From a virus (Duplodnaviria; Heunggongvirae; Uroviricota; Caudoviricetes), in the IMG/VR virus record IMGVR_UViG_3300014720_000027, positions 16,466-80,465 of that record: 64,000 nt of DNA. The stretch is one strand, 5' to 3'. Position 1 is the first letter of the stretch, and the number at the start of each line of letters is the position of its first letter. Positions 58,873 to 64,000 of the stretch are shown in pieces. Under the pieces are notes generated by a model that did no database searches, was not told the DNA's origin, and was given only the letters and a program-made list of their open reading frames with translations. The position numbers and the translations under genes are program-made.

Positions 58873-59429
58873 TTTGTGTATCCGTGTGCTATTGCTTGTA
58901 AATTATTTTTATTTGCAAATTCGTCTACGGCTTGTTTCACACTCTCCCACCCATAATCATGTCCACCCATGACTCCATCATATTTTAATTTAGGAAACCA
59001 AACATTCAAATCTTTTTTAACAGATTCGTAGTCGTGAGATGCATCTATATAAACAAAATCTATGCTTCCATCTTTAAAGTTTTCTGCCGCCATTTCAGAT
59101 GGTTGTGGTATTATATTTAGTGATTTGTTATAGTCTATAGTGTTTTGTAAGAAAATTTTAAAAAGATCTTTAAGAGTTGGATCGTCTTGATGCTCCCAAG
59201 ATCCTTTAAAATGATCAACGGCAAAAAAGTTTATTTGCTTATTATATTTCTGTATTAGCTCACACATAGCAACTGTGCTGCGTCCCTTAAAACATCCTAT
59301 CTCTACAAAAACAGCCCCGTCTTTTGCGGAAGAAACCATTTCCTCGTACAGCTTAACATCATTACTATCAAACCAGCCTTCTATATTTTCATATTGCATA
59401 AAAAATCCTCCCTTGGCATATAATAACAC
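58857..59429 (-). CDS. Class I SAM-dependent methyltransferase (paralog of the ORF at 13013-13585)
   Basis: FVEIGCFKGRSTVAM motif I and YIDASHDYESV / MGGHDYGWESV mirror the other MTase (FAEIGVFKGEYS / YIDGDHSYEG / MCGHDY). Confidence 0.55.
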   Translation of the reverse strand: MLLYAKGGFFMQYENIEGWFDSNDVKLYEEMVSSAKDGAVFVEIGCFKGRSTVAMCELIQKYNKQINFFAVDHFKGSWEHQDDPTLKDLFKIFLQNTIDYNKSLNIIPQPSEMAAENFKDGSIDFVYIDASHDYESVKKDLNVWFPKLKYDGVMGGHDYGWESVKQAVDEFANKNNLQAIAHGYTNWKLI

Positions 59430-59462
59430 ATGGGAGGAATTAAATATGGATTTATTTTACCA

Positions 59463-60272
59463 TTACCAACTCTTGCACGCCCAGTACCGAGCTTTCCACT
59501 TAGGCCCCGGACTGTCACAATTATGTCGAGCCCTAAAGGACTTTCTGCGTTCTGGAACGTTCTTTTTGATTTTCATGTTCGGATCGCCAAAACGCACGAT
59601 AACTACATTTCCGCTCTCGTTGTTAGTGTAAACAGCAAATTTCTTGGGGCCGCTGGGAGTTCTAAAGGGCTTGTTTAAGGTGACTTTACGACCCTGATAT
59701 TCAGCAGCCATAGATTCTAGAAGTTCTTCACTGGCTTCTTCTATAGACGCTTCTCCAAGATAGAATAGTTTTTGCCCATCTTTCGTATAATCTCCTCTTC
59801 GATCATACATATGGACTTCTCCAGTCTTCATATTTTTATATTTAAATTTAGACTGAGCTTTTTTCCAAGCCTCTGGGTCTGGCCTATCTTTATCGCCCGG
59901 CTTTGCTGGCTTATATTTCTTTCCCATCCTTTCTTTCTTCTTACGAATATTTTCCCAAAGACTAGCTGCCGATACTTCTTCAGTGGTCTCGCCAAAATCT
60001 TCGTATTCGTCATCGGCTGGAATATAAAAATTTGCAACTGTTAATTCTTCTTCAGATCCGAGTTCAATTTCTTCTAAATATTTAATGCTACAGTAAGCGA
60101 TATCCATTTTATTGATAAGCTCGGCCTGTGCCTCGTCGCCATTAGAGCGGAACGTTGTTATACACATGGCTACTTTTTGTTCATTGGGCTTATCTTCATC
60201 GGCCAAAAAGGCCATGCAACGAGCCATGTATTGGTTTTCCTGCTCGTCTTTTTTAGGTTTGGGTAACGGCAT
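59463..60272 (-). CDS. Hypothetical acidic/basic protein (269 aa), higher GC; possibly virion internal or scaffold protein
   Basis: Mixed acidic N-terminal half and Lys/Arg-rich C-terminal half. The + strand ORFs overlapping it are probably spurious. Confidence 0.45.
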   Translation of the reverse strand: MPLPKPKKDEQENQYMARCMAFLADEDKPNEQKVAMCITTFRSNGDEAQAELINKMDIAYCSIKYLEEIELGSEEELTVANFYIPADDEYEDFGETTEEVSAASLWENIRKKKERMGKKYKPAKPGDKDRPDPEAWKKAQSKFKYKNMKTGEVHMYDRRGDYTKDGQKLFYLGEASIEEASEELLESMAAEYQGRKVTLNKPFRTPSGPKKFAVYTNNESGNVVIVRFGDPNMKIKKNVPERRKSFRARHNCDSPGPKWKARYWACKSW

Positions 60273-60438
60273 CTGAATACTCCTCTAAATTTAATTCTAA
60301 AAAACTTGTTTGAGTTAAATCACAATCAGGGCACTTAAATAGAAAAACACGGCCATTAATAGTATCAATAATATCCAGAGTTTCGCATTTAAATTCCTCT
60401 TTATATTCTTTACACAGTTCACAGTAAAAGCAATACAT
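60253..60438 (-). CDS. Small zinc-ribbon protein (61 aa)
   Basis: CFYCELC ... CPDCD CxxC-CxxC. Confidence 0.35.
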   Translation of the reverse strand: MYCFYCELCKEYKEEFKCETLDIIDTINGRVFLFKCPDCDLTQTSFLELNLEEYSDAVTQT

Positions 60439-60439
60439 A

Positions 60440-60661
60440 TCAGATCTCCTTTAGACAATCAACAAGCATTACCCCAGCATCTTTATATTCTTTACGCTTA
60501 GCAACCTTTATTACGACTTTTTTAGCGTCTTCTTTCTTGTATTTTAGCTTTACTAACCCATCTAAACAATCTTGCATAACAGTTTTATTTGTCAAAAATT
60601 GCGCTGACTGTTTCTTTTTCTTGGCTTTTTTGCGTTTTGGTTCGAAAATGTGCTTAGTCAC
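60440..60661 (-). CDS. Small basic protein (73 aa)
   Basis: KRKKAKKKKQ N-terminus. Confidence 0.3.
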   Translation of the reverse strand: MTKHIFEPKRKKAKKKKQSAQFLTNKTVMQDCLDGLVKLKYKKEDAKKVVIKVAKRKEYKDAGVMLVDCLKEI

Positions 60662-60677
60662 CCAAGTTCTAGCGGAA

Positions 60678-60908
60678 CTATTCTTGTACGGCTTGCTTCA
60701 TTGCTGTCTGTGCAATTGAGTCAAAGTCGTTTTCTGTTATATTGTTCTCTGCGATACCTGTGTTACAGCATGATCTAACAATTTCAGCAAAAAAATGTAT
60801 AAAAAGTGGAAGTAGCATTAATAAAACTAATATTACACAAAAATCGCTATTCCAAGTGCCCGTATTAACCATGATTACTCCAATAAAAAAGGGGATGAAT
60901 TTCTCCAC
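60678..60908 (-). CDS. Small membrane protein (76 aa)
   Basis: Two hydrophobic helices (FIPFFIGVIM, FCVILVLLMLLPLFIHFF). Confidence 0.35.
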   Translation of the reverse strand: MEKFIPFFIGVIMVNTGTWNSDFCVILVLLMLLPLFIHFFAEIVRSCCNTGIAENNITENDFDSIAQTAMKQAVQE

Positions 60909-60938
60909 CCCCTAATTGTATCCCGCGATCCTAAAAAA

Positions 60939-61295
60939 TCAAGCCCTATACAGTCGATTTTCCTTAACTTTAAAAAGATCTACATTTTCATACGGAATTT
61001 TAGAAACTCCTAGAATTTGTAGATTTGGCCGACTTTCCTTGCTAATCACTTTGGCTAATCGTGTCCAGTCTTTATATTTGTATTGAATATCCTGATCTAT
61101 TTCTACAGAATCAATAATTTCAATACTAATAAGAGCCCCGGGCGAATGAGAGGGATTTCTAATCGGCTTCATTTTCTCAACCATTTTTAAAGCTTCTTCC
61201 TTCAGCTTTCTAGTTTCATTTTCGATAGCTCTATTTTTAATATTGCTGGCTCGAATTTTTTTCATTTGTTTTTCTATTCGTTTTTTTCTTTCCAT
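60939..61295 (-). CDS. Hypothetical protein (118 aa)
   Basis: ORF. Charged. Confidence 0.35.
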   Translation of the reverse strand: MERKKRIEKQMKKIRASNIKNRAIENETRKLKEEALKMVEKMKPIRNPSHSPGALISIEIIDSVEIDQDIQYKYKDWTRLAKVISKESRPNLQILGVSKIPYENVDLFKVKENRLYRA

Positions 61296-61297
61296 AA

Positions 61298-61510
61298 TTA
61301 TCCAATCTTGACTGATCGACGATTTAGCGCTCTGCGTGCAAGCCTACGAGCTTCCAAAACGCCCTTATCTCTCAATAGATTACGCACAACGCCACCGGCT
61401 TCAGTATACTTGTATACCTCGTACAGTTGACGACCGCTTACCCGTCCTTCTGCAAACATTCGCAAAAGATCAATTTGAGAAGAATTAGTTGTAAGTACAC
61501 TCCAGTTCAT
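61298..61510 (-). CDS. Hypothetical protein (70 aa)
   Basis: ORF only. Confidence 0.3.
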   Translation of the reverse strand: MNWSVLTTNSSQIDLLRMFAEGRVSGRQLYEVYKYTEAGGVVRNLLRDKGVLEARRLARRALNRRSVKIG

Positions 61511-61563
61511 TTAAGAACCCCTTTCAAAAAAAATAATAAATAGCCTTATGGCTAAACAAACAG

Positions 61564-61843
61564 TAGGGCGTGTTGGAATCGAACCAACCTATGAGCACCT
61601 TATCTTACCACCACGATTTTCATCGCCAGATTAACTCTGTTTGTAGTCTGGACTTTATCTTCACCATAGATTTCTCTTTAGGTGCTGCCTGTCAAGTCTC
61701 TACACCTTCATCTTGCGATGCTTGGCTCGGTATTAGTATTTTACAACCTTCACCGAATTTAAGCAGTTCTACTTTAGAAATTTCTTTCTAAGCACTCATA
61801 ATGATTTAAGAGTGCCGGATGCAACCAGCTTACCTTACGCCCC
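61564..61843 (-). tRNA. tRNA-like gene (trnL(UAA)-like anticodon context) interrupted by a group I intron
   Basis: On the - strand: 5' GGGGCGU pairs perfectly (incl. G1-U72) with 3' ACGCCCU. Canonical T-arm GUUGG-UUCGAUU-CCAAC. D-stem GGU/AUC with GG in the D-loop. The 5' exon ends ...CUU. The 3' end of the insertion is ...GAUG|AAAAUCG. No ORF of 60 aa or more on this strand. It lies in a 346-nt non-coding gap. Confidence 0.6.
61621..61807 (-). mobile_element. Group I intron (IC3, trnL-UAA type) inside the tRNA-like gene
   Basis: The insert begins AAAUCAUUAUGAGUGCUUAGAAAGAAAUUUCUAAAGU, has CCGAGCCAAGC and GAAGGUGUAGAGACUUGACAGGCAGCACCUAA(P7-like) and AAAGAG...AGUCCA, and ends ...GAUG. These parallel, from memory, the Anabaena/chloroplast trnL(UAA) intron (AAAUAAUUGAGCCUUA.AGAAGAAAUUCUUUAAGU...CCUGAGCCAAGCC...GGAAGGUGCAGAGACUCGACGGGAGCUACCCUAA...AAAGAGAGAGUCCA...AAUG). 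The 3' boundary is ambiguous: an alternative omega-G at 61604 would give a canonical 5-bp anticodon stem GCACU/GGUGC. Confidence 0.55.
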
Positions 61844-61856
61844 ATCTACACTTATA

Positions 61857-62048
61857 TTAGCGTCCAGTGCCGCTTCTTGTAATATATTTTACATAACTTT
61901 TTAGCGCTGTCAAGAGCCTTTCAAAAAATCCGGGCGAATTTTTTTCTGGCTTGATTGAATTTACCAGCCGAGTATATTCTGGGTGCTGATCTTGAAAAGC
62001 CTTTTGAGCCTTCATAAATTGACTATTTGACATTCCTGAATCTTTCAT
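61857..62048 (-). CDS. Small hypothetical protein (63 aa)
   Basis: ORF ending 14 nt before the tRNA-like 5' end. Confidence 0.3.
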   Translation of the reverse strand: MKDSGMSNSQFMKAQKAFQDQHPEYTRLVNSIKPEKNSPGFFERLLTALKSYVKYITRSGTGR

Positions 62049-62051
62049 GTT

Positions 62052-62474
62052 TTATCCCACGATATTAAAAAAATGTAGCATAACTCTATCTTTATATTCT
62101 GGAAAAGCTTTTTTTATTTTATTAGACATTTTTATTAATTCATCGAGACTAGTAGACCCTTCTAGCAAATCCACTCTTCCGTAGTCATGAAAATTTCCAA
62201 TGCTATATCCGATATAAATGCGGTCATTATAACTATCAAATCTAGTGTCAAAACCTCTATCTCTATAATCATCTGGATGTTCAAACTTAACATCATTTAT
62301 TTTATAATAAGACACTTCTTCTTTTACTAAAATCTCTTCTTGATGTGTCACCTTTCCTGTTTTTACATCATACCTATCTTCCAATTTGTATTCTGCTGGG
62401 CTTTCAAGAACCTCAATTTCGTCCAAGTCAAAAGCTAGTCCCAAATAACAATACTGACTATAATTAACTCCCAT
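62052..62474 (-). CDS. Hypothetical protein (140 aa)
   Basis: ORF. Acidic. Confidence 0.4.
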   Translation of the reverse strand: MGVNYSQYCYLGLAFDLDEIEVLESPAEYKLEDRYDVKTGKVTHQEEILVKEEVSYYKINDVKFEHPDDYRDRGFDTRFDSYNDRIYIGYSIGNFHDYGRVDLLEGSTSLDELIKMSNKIKKAFPEYKDRVMLHFFNIVG

Positions 62475-62566
62475 TTTAGTATCCCCATGCCTCTAAAGTG
62501 TGTTTAAAAGGTTGTCCCTCGATATTCTTAACCAACTCTAAATCACCGCCATACCACCCAATTAAT

Positions 62567-62833
62567 TCAACTGTGTTTTCCACTTAATTTATATCCTTCT
62601 AAAACAGAATGTTTTCTAAGATATTCTTCTGTTGTTTGTGTATCAATAGGCATTAATTTTGCGGCTGGAATAGCTTTATAATAAGCATCTTGCTCAGCCT
62701 CGGTCATATCTTCCCATTTTTTATCCCAAATATACTTATATTCAGATGGGATATTTTCAAAATGCTCGATTTTATTTTCTAAGCATCGTATCTTATGCCT
62801 AAGTCTTTCGTTAGCTTCCGATAATATACTCAT
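62567..62833 (-). CDS. Hypothetical protein (88 aa)
   Basis: ORF overlap-coupled to the upstream gene. Confidence 0.35.
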   Translation of the reverse strand: MSILSEANERLRHKIRCLENKIEHFENIPSEYKYIWDKKWEDMTEAEQDAYYKAIPAAKLMPIDTQTTEEYLRKHSVLEGYKLSGKHS

Positions 62834-63222
62834 TGTATTCCATGCGGGCTTGCTACGCCCCCTTTTCTCGATACGAAAACCAGTTGTGCCGTAGATATCT
62901 TGGCTTCGCCACTCTTTCTAATGGCGTAGGTCTCTACCTCAAAAGTTAACGACTTGATCCCAGCTTTAATTAGCGTGCTCTCATGCCTCAACACATCACC
63001 CAAAACAGCCCCGGCGTGATAGTTAATATTAGCGTTAACGGTAACAGCATCCTCACACTCGGATTGTAGTAGTAGTTTAGTACAATGCTGGGCTACTGTC
63101 AAGTCGATTTCAGAAAAAAGTTTGCCCCCAAAAATAGTGCCCCTATCATTGGTGTCTTGAGGAAATACATTGCTGTAATTAACGTGCTTCTCGTTTTGTG
63201 GGTGCATTAAGACAACGCTCAT
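62830..63222 (-). CDS. Putative hotdog-fold acyl-CoA thioesterase (4HBT/YbgC-like)
   Basis: Size and composition (DRGTIFGGKLFSEIDLTVAQHC...) resemble hotdog-fold thioesterases. The call is tentative. Confidence 0.4.
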   Translation of the reverse strand: MSVVLMHPQNEKHVNYSNVFPQDTNDRGTIFGGKLFSEIDLTVAQHCTKLLLQSECEDAVTVNANINYHAGAVLGDVLRHESTLIKAGIKSLTFEVETYAIRKSGEAKISTAQLVFVSRKGGVASPHGIQ

Positions 63223-63686
63223 TTATAACGACTCCGATAACCAATACAATCAGAATCTTCATATAAAATCATTTTAATGCCAGCCTCTTCAAACATTTTA
63301 CTAGATAACCTGAAAGAGTCAAGCCATTTTGTGTCTTCAACGTAAAAAGACACAATATTTTTTATACCAGACTGAATAATCATTCCGGCGCATACTGAGC
63401 AGGGAGCAAAGGGCGTAGTGAAAATAGTGCATCCATCAAGCGGTTCGCGGGCAAATAATAGTGCGTTACGCTCTGCGTGAACAATAAGCTGATATTTTAG
63501 CTCTCTGTTATTAAGTCTTTCCTCTGTGTCTTCTACGCCTCTAGGAAGCCCATTATAGCCGGTAGAAACAACTCTGCGATCAGGAGCTACGATCACGGCT
63601 CCTACTTTAGTAGATGGATCTTTAGAAGCTGTAGAAACATATTGAGCTAGCCCTAAGAACCACTTATCCCATTTTTTGTTAAACAT
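63219..63686 (-). CDS. dCMP deaminase (cytidine/deoxycytidylate deaminase zinc-binding fold)
   Basis: HAERNAL and PCSVCAGMI (H-x-E ... PC-x-x-C) zinc-binding motifs. Confidence 0.75.
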   Translation of the reverse strand: MFNKKWDKWFLGLAQYVSTASKDPSTKVGAVIVAPDRRVVSTGYNGLPRGVEDTEERLNNRELKYQLIVHAERNALLFAREPLDGCTIFTTPFAPCSVCAGMIIQSGIKNIVSFYVEDTKWLDSFRLSSKMFEEAGIKMILYEDSDCIGYRSRYK

Positions 63687-64000
63687 ACAAAATATTTCCG
63701 TTGTTTACTATATTCATTGTTCTATCTTCTACGCAAGAACCATTGCTAAAAACAGTTCTTAGCCCGGCCTGTTGAAGCAAGCCAGAATTTTTTACATACT
63801 CCGAATTATGGATGTGTCCAAACAAATGAGCCCGGGGATTAATCTGGCTTATTCTTTTATATAAATTTTTGCATCCGGCTTGTTCTAATTCTAAATGCTT
63901 AGTTAAGTCTAAAACTCCCGCAGGAGGCCCGTGTGTAATTATAACATCGGTATCGTCAGGAATCAAGTCCCAATATTTGTGAATTTTTGCTCTGTCTAGG
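63679..64000 (-). CDS. Metallophosphoesterase (calcineurin-like), 5' end beyond the window
   Basis: C-terminal motifs IITHGPP and GHIHN. The frame is open to the window edge, so the gene continues past 64000. Confidence 0.5.
   Translation of the reverse strand, partial: LDRAKIHKYWDLIPDDTDVIITHGPPAGVLDLTKHLELEQAGCKNLYKRISQINPRAHLFGHIHNSEYVKNSGLLQQAGLRTVFSNGSCVEDRTMNIVNNGNILYV

Noticed and set aside
60885-60915. GGGG...CCCC hairpin near the start of the 76-aa membrane ORF
   Set aside because: Only a 4-bp stem with internal mismatches, and it lies within coding sequence. Not a convincing terminator.
61564-61843. tmRNA (ssrA) interpretation of the ~280-nt tRNA-like element
   Set aside because: It has tRNA-like ends and a long-range helix next to the T-arm, as tmRNA does. 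However, no reading frame in it gives a plausible tag peptide ending in hydrophobic residues plus stop. The internal motifs instead match the trnL(UAA) group I intron core, so a group I intron-containing tRNA is preferred.
1-64000. CRISPR arrays or other tandem repeats
   Set aside because: No regularly spaced direct repeats were seen on inspection. The only repetitive stretches are homopolymeric A/T runs within coding regions.

Overview
This window reads as a slice of a large, very AT-rich bacteriophage genome (jumbo-phage style), not a cellular chromosome. The evidence is a bacterial-type replisome (DnaE-like Pol III alpha with PHP domain, DnaB helicase, DnaG primase, OB-fold SSB, DEDDh exonuclease, RecA/UvsX-like ATPase) plus PhoH, dUTPase, dCMP deaminase, dNMP kinase, class II (B12) ribonucleotide reductase, a sigma-70-family sigma factor, several free-standing homing-endonuclease-like genes and many tightly packed or overlapping small ORFs.

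Layout:
- 1-6.2 kb (+ strand): a block of large Cys-rich or Gly/Ser-rich, probably structural, proteins. It ends in a clean rho-independent terminator at the strand switch.
- 6.3 kb to the end: nearly everything is on the - strand.
- 8.2-25.7 kb: a ~17 kb glycan-biosynthesis island. It holds about 15 glycosyltransferases, including GT2, GT4, GT32-like, GT47/exostosin-like and a beta-4-GalT-like GGxxEDDD protein. It also holds GDP-L-fucose synthase, a UXS-like SDR, a sugar nucleotidyltransferase and SAM/FkbM methyltransferases.
- 25.7-36.3 kb: the replication module.
- 36-52 kb: nucleotide metabolism, recombination and small ORFs.
- 52.7-59.4 kb: a membrane thioredoxin, a papain-like cysteine peptidase and a second glycan cluster.

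Most interesting items:
1. A roughly 280-nt tRNA-like gene at 61564-61843 (- strand) with a perfect T-arm and a 7-bp acceptor stem, split by a ~187-nt insertion. The insertion resembles the cyanobacterial/plastid trnL(UAA) group I intron.
2. A ~365-aa intein with a LAGLIDADG block, inserted immediately before the catalytic Cys of a papain-like (NSWG-motif) peptidase.
3. A eukaryote-flavoured glycosylation toolkit on a phage.
4. A phage-encoded membrane thioredoxin beside Cys-rich putative virion proteins.
5. Multiple homing-endonuclease-like genes (one HNH, two Vsr/DUF559-like) next to replication and recombination genes.

Every functional call below comes from motif recognition by eye. No database search was possible.
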